64,000 nt of DNA, from NCBI GenBank assembly GCA_011109175.1, contig RDEW01000010.1, positions 1,144,796 through 1,208,795 on the forward strand, in the 5' to 3' direction. The position numbers were made by a program, and so were the translations under genes. Every line of letters starts with the position of its first letter. Position 1 is the first letter of the stretch. The notes below the pieces were generated by a model. That model saw only the letters and a program-made list of their open reading frames with translations, had not been told where the DNA came from and made no database searches. Shown here one piece after another: positions 1 to 10,963 of this stretch. The DNA comes from Dicyema japonicum. Its lineage: Eukaryota > Animalia > Dicyemida.

Positions 1-19
1 TCTATGAGTACCGATCGAA

Positions 20-270
20 AAAATAGTCAAAGAAGCAAAGATTTGGATATCGGGAGGTATGCTGGTCGGTCATATTGACTCAATGTCCTCATTTTGCGAT
101 CCTATGAGGATTTCTTCAACAAGATGATCTCTATGAATCTGATTGCATCTGATGAGCAAGTAATCTACTCCATGTACTCACGTGAGGGACTTGAAATTAT
201 GAAAAACGGCGTAAAGCTGAGTGTATTTCAATGCGGTTATTTCGGACTTTACAGACTTTCTCTAACATGA
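20..270 (+). pseudogene. 3' part of a possible HtrL/YibB-like protein, frameshifted
   Basis: Translation IVKEAKIWISGGMLVGHIDSMSSFCD(fs)YEDFFNKMISMNLIASDEQVIYSMYSREG resembles the recalled HtrL motif GGxFxG...l..Gl..DeQ.i..my. One frameshift near 100; recognised from memory only. Confidence 0.3.
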
Positions 271-1204
271 CTTCCAGGATTCCTGTCCGTAAATGATTCG
301 AAATTGTATTTTAACACTGTTAAACCATGTCTCTGTAAATTAGACGTTTTTTTGCAAAAATACGCGACTATGATAGAACTAAGGAGTTGGGTTAGTCAAC
401 AAGTTTTGAAAATGCTTTCAACAGTGATAGCCTACATGTGTTGTCTCTCTTACTGTTACTCTGCCAAAGAAGAGACATGTGGTGTCTTATATTAGTTGAT
501 CCGCTACACTGGTTTCCTCCTAACTTGAGTCACTATTGAGTTTGATTGCAGTAAAATTCTCTGTGTCTACTACCGAAATCATTATATTGGAATTTCAGTC
601 TAAAACAATTGGAATCGATTTATTGCCGTAAATTAAATTGGTTTTAGGTAATTAAATAAGAATGCTCTTCGATGAGATCAAGTGTAGTCATCTTAGGAAT
701 CTCCAGTGGATAACTACCGAGAGGAAATAAGGGTCCTTGAGGAAAGAACTATTCTGCCTTTTGAAAAACAGATATTTGTTTCTGCCTCTATGGGATCATT
801 GTGTGATCATTGTAAGAAAACTAAAAGACTGTCGATCATTTGCTACTCAGTGAGGCTGATTACTGAATTGCGGTCACAACAAAATAGCATCTCTTCTGAA
901 AATATGGAATCTGAAAAAGTTAAAGGACATTGTTTTGTCTACAACAGTGATTCTTAACTTTTTTAAGCCAGCGCCTTTTTTTGAAGCTTCAAAATTTCAG
1001 CGCCCACTTAAGATTTAATTTTATTTTTTTCAATTGCTGCGATTTTTTGTATGATGCTAATAGAACTTTTAAAGCATCTTGGAATTTTTTTTGTAAATAT
1101 TTGATTAATCATAAGACGATTTTCATAATTACATTTCAGATTAGAAAAATAATTTTTTTAAATGAAAGAAATTTTATTATAAAATGAATAAAAATTAAAT
1201 TAAG

Positions 1205-1350
1205 GCATCTGAATGGCCATGCTATTTCCGAGGAACGAAAGGAGGAAGTACCAGAGAATTTCGGAGGAGTATCTTTTTGTTCCATTCGCGTGGAAACGTC
1301 AGGAATCCTTGGCCCCAAACAGATGAGTTGGTTTCGTAAGATCGGACTGT
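1205..1350 (+). mobile_element. CRE-clade non-LTR retrotransposon, RLE C-terminal remnant
   Basis: With frameshifts reads EERK-RRKYQRISEEYLFVPFA-VETSGILGP, matching the CRE pattern KRRKY..L...Y.FVP.AVET.G..G. Confidence 0.6.
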
Positions 1351-1794
1351 AAAATTATATAAATTCAATTTCAAAGGGGAGAAGCCTATATTTTACGATG
1401 CACATGGAAAAATGCACATGTATGTTGTGCAATAAAATTATTTCATTACCTAAACGAAGAAATCTTCGTCGCATTTTAATTCATAACATCCCGATTTCAA
1501 CAATGATTTTCCTTTAAATTCCATTTTACGAAAAAAGAGAGTCGAACAATTAAAAAAAATTTTCCCAACATAAAACTTTGTAAAAATTATTAATTCGTCC
1601 AAATCTGCAACAATTGCATCGTTGCGTGTGACTCGCCTCCTCGCAAAACGCAAAAAAAACCTTTAATTGATGGTGATAATTTAAAATCATGTGTTTGGAA
1701 GCTGCTAATTCATTATTCTCCAATATTACCTATTTTCCAAATATTGAAGATGAATTCAAAACAACTTGTTAATAAAAATCATTTTCAAATCGGT

Positions 1795-2066
1795 TCAGAC
1801 ACCTGGAGCAGCTGCTTCGACTGCGGAGAACTTAAAAATCAAGAAATATTCTTGCCTCGGGGATCGCTATTGATTTACTCCTGTTGCGACCGAATCATCG
1901 GGAGCCGTTGGTCCAATGACGGCTGAGTTCTTGCGAGAACTCGGAGGATTGCTTGCCAGAAAGAAAAGGGATCAACGAGAAGGGTTATGGCTAAGACAAA
2001 AGATTGGAATAGCCATACTCCGAGGGAACTCGTTCGCAATCCACGCAGCAGGCTTCCTCAACTGAC
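1795..2066 (+). mobile_element. CRE-clade retrotransposon 3' end
   Basis: PGAAASTAENLKIKKYSCLGDRY*FTPVATESSGAVGPMTAEFLRELGGLLARKKRDQREGLWLRQKIGIAILRGNS is the typical CRE C-terminus; followed by an A/T tract. Confidence 0.8.
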
Positions 2067-2756
2067 ATTTGTTTAATTGTTAAAAAAACTTATATTAATA
2101 AAAATAAAAAAAATAAAAATAATTGTCAAAGAATTTGCTGTGGTGGTACAAAATATAATAAACGAGTTTAATCACAGATTTGGCGATTTCAGGAAAATTA
2201 CTCTTCTATATACTTTCTTTGCCTCTCCGTTCATGGAAAGTGACATCGAAAATGTTTCAGAAGAATTAGAAAGATTTTGACGTTGATCCAAGAAAGATTC
2301 AAATAGAAATTATAGATCTAAATATGACATCATTTAAAAACCACATTCAAACGTCAACATGTGGAAGTTTATGTCTCCAGAAAAACGTGCCATTTTGATT
2401 GATGCGTATCAACGAATTGTTTCGTGCTTCGGAAGCACGTATTTATCCGAAACATCAGTTCGAGCATGAAAATGATAAAATCTCAATACAGGACCCTTTT
2501 AACAGATGACCACCTTGGGGACTGCATGAGAATAGCAATAAGCTCATATTTTTTAGAATTCGAAATAATTGCAAGAGAACTACAATGCCAAAAATCACAT
2601 TAAATTTTTTATTACAAAATAAAAATTCTCCCTTTTGACGTGTTTGTTTCTTGTTCTCCTTTTTTGTTAAATAAAATCTAATATTAAAAAATGTTATTAA
2701 AATACAAAAAAAATTATATAAGTCGATCGCCAGAAAATCGCTATATAAAAAGTGGA

Positions 2757-2773
2757 AAAGGTTGCCAACCCTG
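2757..2773 (+). repeat. putative right terminal inverted repeat of the hAT element
   Basis: aaaggttgccaaccctg, reverse complement CAGGGTTGGCAACCTTT, resembles CAGGG.TTGGCAAC hAT termini. The left TIR was not found. Confidence 0.6.
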
Positions 2774-2869
2774 TCGTAGGGTATCACTCCAAACTTTATG
2801 TATCATCCGAATACATAAGTCGTTTTACTTTTTTATCACACATCTATAAAATGTTTTAACTCATGATCG

Positions 2870-3075
2870 AGCCTCTTTGGCCACGTGTTACGTCTAAATG
2901 ACCAGGTCTCCGAAAATGTCGCAATGGATCACTACTTCGCACACACAGGAGCCGGTTTCCGACGAAGGCCAAGAACGACACGTCGAACTATCTTGAACTA
3001 AGACCTATCGGCGGTTGGTGTGAGACTAACTTCGGCGGACGACCTGGACTACCTAAGAGAACTCCCCGTTAAGAA
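2870..3075 (+). mobile_element. RTE-clade LINE 3' remnant
   Basis: SLFGHVLRLNDQVSENVAMDHYF...FRRRPRTT...LN*DL...DDLDYLREL matches the RTE C-terminal FGH.LR...GRPRTT motif. Confidence 0.65.
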
Positions 3076-3555
3076 CCACAAGTCTCTAATATCGACATAA
3101 AACGTTGATACATTGACTGAAACAGGAATTTAGTTTTGCAAAAAATGGGTTCATTTCTACTTCTACCAACGTGTGGAACTGGCGTGTAGTCGTCGCGAGT
3201 ACACCCCCATTGCAGGCAGGAAGATCATAGATGGATGATTCGGATGTGGAGACATGGCAATTGACTACTCTAAGAGTGGATTCTTAGCCTCACAAGAAGT
3301 CGATAGTGGACGGGTGTCTGAGGAAAGATCGTATGAATTTTGGAATTTATGCGTCACATTTATCATCACTCAAAACATAATTTCTTTATTGTGTTCAGGA
3401 CTAAGATTGAAGAACAGTTTCCACAATTGTGTAATTCGATCTCAATCTTGTACTTCCGACTTCATATCTTGTCGAAAGAGGATTCAGCTCACTTACTTCT
3501 TGAGAAGTTTCAAAATCACATTAAGCATTTGTTTCAAAAATCACATTAATAATAA

Positions 3556-3725
3556 TAACACCAGAGACCACGGTTATACAAACTAACTATTCATGTGATC
3601 CCAGCAAGCTCTAGCAGGGACCTCATCTTGGACCGATGCTCCTCCCTCGACCCCACACAAGCACGTATCGGTTGGGTGACTGGATCTTCGCAGTCATTAG
3701 TAAATGATTATTACATTTTTCAATA
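3556..3725 (-). mobile_element. 3' end of the 2A-LINE family (family L-A)
   Basis: Roughly 85% identical by eye to 55995-56138 in opposite orientation; ends gctgggatcac..tagttagt with a short TTA-repeat tail. Confidence 0.7.
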
Positions 3726-4129
3726 AAACTATTCGCTACCGAGCTAAATGCATAAATCAAGCTAATTCCTTGATTCCGACGAGTTCCAGCAGAACCCTCA
3801 TCCAAGCATAGTGATCCAGAGGACGTGGTCCGTGAGCTGTGGTCTATTCCAGAACTTGTAGCAAAGAAGTGAAATTGTATATGTTGGAATAAATAGATGG
3901 ATCGTTTTTAATTCCAGCCAGGCATTGGGCGTCCCTTAGTAAGGTGCATGCAAAAACGCCACCAGAGAGAAGGAAAATAAAACCTGAATCAATTTGCCAA
4001 ATGGCACCGACGCCGTTGATTACTTTAGGTTTATTTATTTTTAAATATTGGATTTTATTTGGATAATTAATTAAATTAGCAGATTTTACTTGCAATTTAA
4101 TTAATAGGGGAAATAAAATATTAATTCAG

Positions 4130-4262
4130 GTTCTCGAGGCATGTCTCAATTAACGGTGTTGTGAAGCGCTCTCTTGAGGCGGCTAGATTCCAGTAATCTC
4201 TGGAACTGGTGGGCCTTTTCCATGTCGAGACTTTCAGGTTCCGCATTGAAAGCTTTGGAACA
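4130..4262 (+). mobile_element. CRE-clade fragment with internal deletion
   Basis: RHVSINGVVKRSLEAARFQ*SLELVG joined to (T)FSMSRLSGSALK. The nucleotide stretch ccttttccatgtcgagactttcaggttccgcattgaaag matches the reverse complement of ~18555-18600. Confidence 0.6.
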
Positions 4263-4684
4263 GCAATTCCAATTCTCGACGATCCCCAGTCACTTTGGAA
4301 ATCCTCGACTCCAGTGATCTCAAGTTATAACTATTTATTCCCACCGACGCAACTGACTCTGTGTTGGAGTTCATATAACAGTCGAAATCCTTGGAGCCAT
4401 CTGATTTCAAGGATGTCATGGCTTCTGAGTGTGTTCAAAGGTCCAAGACACTTGGGGAAAGACAAAGACTTCTCGTTTATCCCCGATTTGTCTCGACAGC
4501 CCTTGGTATTTCTCACCTAAGGACAGAAGAGGAGCATTATTTGACAGTTATCGAAATATGACGGAAGCCTGTAATGGACTATTGGAGGATGGATGATGAG
4601 ATCTCTGAATATCTATGGATTAACGTAAAAGAAACTGACATTTAAAATTTAGTTGTGGATGCATAAGCGGGGCACGTGGTTAAA

Positions 4685-4760
4685 GTTTTTTAATAACCCC
4701 AAATATATCTGAAAGAGATATTATCAACTTCCCTTGATCAGAGCGGGAATATCTTTTTCA
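4685..4760 (-). mobile_element. CRE-family fragment
   Basis: taataaccccaaatatatctgaaagagatattatc is homologous to 18792-18830 inside the larger CRE remnant. Confidence 0.4.
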
Positions 4761-5049
4761 ACCATCACCACCCTTCTAAGTATCCACCATTGTGGGATCC
4801 CTTCCAATGGAATTAGGAAGAGATTGGTACTTTTTAGATGCCGACCAGACATTGGGCGTTTCCTAAAAAGATGGTTCACGTGGTTGTAGTCAAGAATTGG
4901 AATTGCTATTTTAAAAGGTTACGAGACCGCCGTAGCTAAAGAAGAAACTCACGATAATTAAAAAGAATGAATAACCAATTCAAAAAATTAAAACTTAGAT
5001 TTTTATTCATTTTAAAAAATAAATAAATTAATTTAAAATAAAAAAAGTA

Positions 5050-5165
5050 TGACTTGCTTGCAAACGAGATGGGCAGATGTTTGTTTGCAGGGCATCGTTA
5101 TTACAATAGTAATGACGTGGGAAGGAATTGCAACAAAGTACCACGAGGGTTATCCGAAACAGTTT
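5050..5165 (+). mobile_element. fragment of the R4/Dong-like element
   Basis: gcttgcaaacgagatgggcag...gtaatgacgtgggaaggaattgcaacaaagtaccac is near-identical to the reverse complement of ~20010-20125. Confidence 0.85.
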
Positions 5166-5391
5166 TTTATAACACGATTTGGTGGATGTGGAACAAAGGA
5201 CTTTACTGTATAACAATTACGCATTCTTCGAGGCTAAATCCACGTGGTATTCAATTTCAAAACATATCGGGATTTACATGGGAATTATGAGAGTAATTCC
5301 TGATCAGTCTCGTACTTTAAGGGTTAATTACTGGGAATTAAGTGTAGACATTACTTTGTACTTTCTACTCAAAAATCTCAACATTATACAC

Positions 5392-5454
5392 TAAAGTCTC
5401 TCGAATCCGCCAACTTCGGGGATCGGAAAAATCTGGCGGATTCGAGAGACTTTA
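5392..5454. repeat. 63-bp palindrome with perfect 21-bp inverted arms, MITE-like
   Basis: taaagtctctcgaatccgcca (5392-5412) and tggcggattcgagagacttta (5434-5454) are exact reverse complements around a 21-nt spacer; outer dinucleotides are TA. Confidence 0.9.
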
Positions 5455-5460
5455 CTGACT

Positions 5461-5790
5461 TAAGGAATTGCAACAAAGCAAGGTTTATCTAATACAGTTG
5501 GGGGTAGATAGGAAGCTCCAGGCCTATCTATAATCAACTGTAATAAAGCGGACCCTAGAGAGCCTGACACTGGAGTTTAGGAGGCAGAGCCCGGAGATGC
5601 CATATGGGCAGATTGGACCAGGCGCTCTCGGAGTTGTTTCAGCAACCAGAATCGAACCTGCCTGAGCAGACTGGCGAACAGCAGGCGAGGAAGGCTGTTG
5701 ATTATTAAATTAACTTTTTTATTGTTGGTTAAATAAAGTGGGTTGTATAAAGTGAAGTTGTTTTGTTCAATTATTTTTGGTCATAAAAGT
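5461..5790 (+). mobile_element. 3' end of the R4/Dong-like element including 3' UTR
   Basis: High identity to the reverse complement of 19740-20050, including the stop region and the UTR aactttttattg...aaataaagtggg. Confidence 0.9.
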
Positions 5791-5879
5791 CTCTTATTGG
5801 GGGAGCATAGATACTAGCGGATAGATTATATTAGGTTCTCATAGTTTCCGTAGAAAAGTTCGGACAATTTGGGGGAACG

Positions 5880-5990
5880 AGACTTGAACCCCAATCCTAC
5901 GTACATTCGACACTTTTTGTGTTCAGAACTTAGGGCTTACGATGTCTCCTGAGTCTGTCGCCGTGCCCACTGGAAGAAAAAAGACATAGG
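5880..5990 (+). mobile_element. CRE-family fragment
   Basis: VQNLGLTMSPESVAV; nucleotide similarity (cctacgt...gttcagaactt...gtctc.tgagtctgtc) to the reverse complement of ~52080-52140. Confidence 0.4.
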
Positions 5991-6539
5991 TTTTTATCAT
6001 GTAACAGAAGTAAGTCACCACCTACGCTCTGACCACGTGGATAACTGGTTGGATGATGTTCTTAATCTTTCAATATCTATGAAGCGTCATGTGATCCATC
6101 TGTCTAAGAACGCCCAGTGGCTGGATCCCACTCTTCCCTACTCCACTGGATGGAAGGTGATTAATTGGATGATGTTCCTTTATTGTTCGAAATGTCTTCA
6201 TCTTCTAGATGGATTAACCCCCTGTTCCATTTTTCGTGGATAGAAAAAATTATAGACTCGGGAGACATTGGAAAGTGAATACACAATCTTACAGAAGAGG
6301 GATTGCTAGGTCAGGCTATTGTCCAAGAGTCAGAGTTTCTTCTACTTTTAAATATCGAGACCGAATCTGAGAGAGGTAGTTTTCTACATCGAAAAAAATT
6401 TAAGTAATTTCACTCAGCAAAAAATTAAATTATTCAAAAAACTAAGACTAAACTAACTAAAAAGTTTTTACTAAAAAAGAATTGTATGCAGCAACGTCTG
6501 GGTTCAATTCTCCTCATGCTAAATTGGAGGAAAGTTCTT

Positions 6540-7000
6540 TTCAGTCAAAGCTGGAGGCTATCAGAATTGAAAACGTATTTTTTGTGACGAGTTGTAATGC
6601 GCTCAATTAGTCAGCTCCTTTCTCTCAATCCTTTTTCCTCTAACAGTTCAGAAGGACATGTGATCTGTTCACAATGACCCTGATGTTTTGATGCCGACTA
6701 GTTCAAAAATGATCTGTTCACCAAAGGATTCCTATTTCTTTAGGGTCTCGTTCCTTTCCGAGGATGATGCTGGGGGATCTGTCATTGCAAAGTTGAAGGA
6801 GAGAGGCCATCAAAGGTGAGGTCGCAGACTAGGTATCTCTCACTTCCCATGGGAAGAGAGTTGTCCTGGCAGGTCAAATGTTGACTGAGGACAGTTCGAG
6901 AGGCTCCAACTGAATCTGGAATCCGGCGGTCTCCAGTCCCCATAAATAAGTCCGTTGATTCTCTGTGGTTTGAACTCCTTCAAACGCTCTTCCACCAATA
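6540..7000 (-). mobile_element. CRE-clade RLE remnant
   Basis: With frameshifts reads LEPLEL...RPD..TLFPW..GRYLVCDLT...SERNETLK...IFELVGIKTSGSL; tail homologous to 60540-60590. Confidence 0.65.
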
Positions 7001-7799
7001 ATTCGCCACATTAAAGCGGCTCCACCAATATTGACTCTTAAATCTTGAACATCCTAACTTAGGAAAACAAAAATCACAAATTTATCCTCAAACAACCAAA
7101 AAGACCATAAATTGAGAGAAAACAGATTATTTCAGAAAATGGGACAACTCATAGCAATTAATAGAAAAATCCAACGATCTTTCCACCGACTTTGTTCTTC
7201 CTCGCATACCCGTGTTCAATGACTCCCTTGGAAGTGGTAAATATAACGTGTCTAAAGATAAGAGACCACACAAAACCCGAACTGACGAGATGGCAGTAAA
7301 TTGGTGGTCCACTTCTCAATGTCTACGTGAGCTACGTCAAAACGTGGCTTAATAACTCCACACTAAAGCATAAATTTGAATTCTACTCGATTGATCCTCC
7401 CAATGAGATTGACGACGATCTTGTTAGAGCCATTGGCGACCACCAACTCAAAACTGGAGATGTACACTATAAATTAGATGTCAAATCCTACGATATTTCT
7501 GCATCATCCTCAGAAACTGGATTATCATTTTTGAAGCAGGGATAATGACCTGCCTCTTTCCTTTTCGTTCAGCGTTGGTAACACATTTAAGAGCATCAGC
7601 AAGAGGATCGTTACGAGTCATTAAAATACTAAAAAATCAAACTAAATTAAGACCACAACTAGGCTTGACAAAAACGTGTAAATTTAAAATTTTAAAATAT
7701 TATTATTTATTTTACCAAATAACATATTTAATTAAATTTATTATTAAAATTTTGGATTTCACCATTTTCTAATTCTAATGCACACAGATCGATATTATG

Positions 7800-8050
7800 G
7801 AATAAAATAGAGACTGTATGGGCACGCGCTTACAATGGAAATAAACGCCTCTGAACAACTACTTTAACAATGAGAACAACATCGTTCAGAGGAAGGCCTA
7901 GAATCACTCTCCCTGTGGCTCGTAACAAGGATCTTAATAGAATTGGAAGAAAACTTAAATGTGCGGAAGACCTAGAAGATCTACGAACAGATGCCCACAG
8001 CAGAAGCCCATGGAGACGCTTAGTGAACAAAATTCGAAACTTGTAGCACA
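7800..8050 (+). mobile_element. RTE-clade LINE 3' remnant
   Basis: SFRGRPRITLPVARNKDLNRIGRKLKCAEDLEDLRTDAHSRSPWRRLVNKIRN; same protein region as 2870-3075. Confidence 0.7.
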
Positions 8051-9348
8051 AACGGGACCTTAGTTAATATAACGCTCATTGGTTCTGTGAAAGTGCTTTA
8101 TAATAATTCATCCTACGCTCTGATGCCGTCGCTTAATACTCCTTTTGGGAGGTAGTTAGTTCCAGTATAGCATTAAAGACTTTCTCACACTCCATTGGAT
8201 CATTTTTGAATGGGTACGAAAAGCTGTGGTTCTGGATGGACGTGTCTCTCCCTCTGCGACCATGAAAACTATAGCTCTTAATTAGGCGATAACTGTTAAT
8301 TTCTTTCATTCCTACGTTTGTAGTTGAATACAAGTTCTTACAGCGCGCAGGTTTATACGGAAGAATACTTTTCTTATGCGATTCTTGAGCGACTCAGGTT
8401 TGCGTATTTTACAATGAGAACACTGACCTTATATTGAGAACAGGTCTTTTGCCTGCGGAAGTTAAATCTCGAAAAAAGGACGTCCTTTATTTCGATGCGA
8501 GCCATCGTCACTACCTAATGTACGGTATCGATGGCTGGCATTTCTCTCCTCTCGTTTTGGGGAAATGGCAGCTGTTTGTCCTCGGAAGAGGCAGAAACCA
8601 TTGCGTTGTTCTGACGATTGATTCGATTGTTTCTACAAACTTTATAGCCCTGAGATCGAATACTAGAGACGTTTCCACCGAAATCAGTCCGTCAGCCCCT
8701 AAATATCTTTTGTTCTGGAAGCCATGCATCCGAGGTGTCCACGCATGCATAATCCGATGACAGACACTTCTTAAGGTATATCCAGTCCCCATGGAGGGAT
8801 TGGAACGCATCCTATCCAAGCATTACGTCCATCTATATTCGCCATTGTGAGGACCCCTCCAGAGAAGTAAAAAAGAGATAGATCCTTCTTAGATGTCTGG
8901 CAGGGACTGGACGTCTCCTGAGAAAAGTGGATCAACTGATGAATCAGGTTTTGTTAAAAGCATAAAGCAGAACGGAATCCTTCTACCAAGTAGACAGTAA
9001 AGTGGGAATCGAACATACAGCTAATCTCGACAGCACTGGAAAAAGATAAATATAGAACGTGGAGACCCTTAATAAGAATAGTCACTCAGCCACAAGAAGA
9101 CCTTAATACCGAGGAAGAGAGGACTTCGGTAAGAATAGTCAAAAGAATGGTCGAATTCTTCTACCAGGTAAACAGCGACATGGGAATTGAACCAAAAATT
9201 AATCCTGATTCGATCGACTGACTAACCAGTAAGCTACATAGGAACTTAAATAAAGAAAAATTACCACGAAGCTGCCAAAAAATATTAATTAATTTATGGT
9301 TTAAATTAAAAGTTATTTTAATAAAAATTATATTTTACATATAAAATA

Positions 9349-10798
9349 CTAAAAATCCAGGGATTCATTATCATAATGCCAGGCAAGTCCAGTCTTCCCT
9401 TCTTTCATAATAGCGGCTTCCTGCGGTTCCTTAGGGATCTCCAGACCCTTCCACGAACGCTTAACCAGGAAATCAGCTAAACTTATCAAAAGTAAAAACC
9501 AGCAGAATATATGTCAACCTCTCCATTATACCTCACTGATATGTCCTTATGTGATTTTACAAGAGGAGTGCAATCAAGCTCAGTCTCATTAGATCTTGTA
9601 ACATCAGAAGTCTGCAGATATTGGCAATAATCGAGATTTATGGAAGCATTGTGGTTAACATCAGGTTCTAAGGCAAGGAAGAGCTCATGCGGAGTTATTA
9701 TAGGACGAAAGTAATCTCTATCGTCGATCAAAGAGCTCAAAGGGCAAGCCAACAACACAAACATCTCAATCTAAATTTTAAATAAAAAATATTTAAAAAT
9801 TATTAATTTTAAAAATATAATCTCAAAAATTTAAAAAAACCTCAAGAAAATTTGCCAGTTTGTAGGGCGTTAATTTTCCGACGACAAAAGTATAAGACTT
9901 CTTCCCAGCACGTGCAATGACGTCACGGAGTTGTGAGACAATAGCTCGATTTTCCTGAAGGCTTAGCGTCCCGACGACAATCCCAAATAGGCTCACCTCC
10001 TGTGAGGCCTTATAAACATAGGTGTATCGCTTCATCAAAAGCGCTCTCGAGTCGAAAATCTTCTCTTCTTGGGTAGGATTGAGCCAAGTCAATGAGGACT
10101 CCGAAAATCGCATGGCAAAACAGGCAGCCAAAGATTCGTGCTCTCCAATATATAAGAAGTCCCCGGTGTCCAGGACCTCTTTAGAGACGTGAAAACTCCG
10201 TCCAAAGACGGCGAACTCGCACCTGTCATTCCGTTCATTTTCGAACTCGTCCCAATAATTTACAGGAAGCTGAATACTGCCAGCAAACACGTGCCGTCCG
10301 CAAGAGTGAATCATCTTAATAACCTCATCTAAGGATCACTTCAAGAAGGTTCAACCGAGGTGGGAAGTGAAGGCTGGGTCGGTGAAAACAAAAACAGGAC
10401 GGTCTGACCTTTCTGGGAAATTCCTCGTAAAAATTTCCCGGCAATGGTGAACATCAAGATCCTTCCTTCCATAAACCAGGAACGTGGGTACGCACGTGCA
10501 CTTGGAAAAGCATGCAAAACCAAAGTGCACAATCGCATCAGCGGAGAAATGTTTAGCGGCGACATTGTCAACACAACAACTAAGAGTGATCCCACGTTAG
10601 TACCTTCCGTATAAAGTGTCTCCCAAGATACAGACGGTTGCACTTGTTGAATTTTGAATTTCCAAAGCGATTTCTGATGAGTTTACGAGTTGACTGTCCT
10701 CGAATTGCAATGCAACCTATCTCATATAAATATTGGACAACTCGCTCAAAGTTATTTAAGTTAATCCACGTTACAGCTTTCGCGACACCACTAAACAT
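9349..10798 (-). CDS. DPH2: diphthamide biosynthesis protein 2 (6 exons)
   Basis: Spliced product contains VALQF, ILGDTLYGSCCVD, AIVHFGFAC, GIVVGTL, VGKLTPYKLANFLE-IEMFVLLACP and C-terminal RSWKGLE...EGKTGLA. Introns of 23-27 nt plus a 70-nt A/T intron (9771-9840). Confidence 0.95.
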
Positions 10799-10963
10799 GA
10801 TAACGAGTTATTTTTGTATAAATAAAATTTATTTGAATTATCAAATTTTAATAATTTAAATAAAATACTTATAATATTAATCGTTATTGTTTATTTATGC
10901 TTCGGACATTGAACTCGCAAAAAGTGCAATTCTAATAATTTCAAGATTTTGTCTAGTAGCCAC
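10799..10963. promoter_or_regulatory. putative bidirectional promoter between DPH2 and MMUT
   Basis: 165-bp head-to-head gap dominated by an A/T tract; promoter function is inferred from geometry only. Confidence 0.5.

Larger units (their letters stand above)
1390..2773 (+). mobile_element. hAT (SPIN/GTF2IRD2/Buster-type) DNA transposon remnant, internally deleted, with nested CRE fragment
   Basis: N-terminal part 1390-1745 reads CTCMLCNKIISLPKRRNLRRHF...ASLRVTRLLAKRKKPLIDGDNLKSC. C-terminal part 2130-2560 reads FNHRFGDF...FASPF...FGSTYLSET...MKMIKSQYRTLLTDDHLGDCMRIAISSY (dimerisation domain). Ends in a hAT-like terminus. Confidence 0.8.

Noticed and set aside
304-1187. Short ORFs 304-495, 706-957 and 981-1187 as genes
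   Set aside because: No recognisable motifs or consistent exon chain; the last ORF is an artefact of A/T-rich sequence.
5868-5892. tRNA-like T-arm (gggggaacgagacttgaacccc)
   Set aside because: No D-arm or anticodon arm, and it runs straight into a CRE-family fragment.
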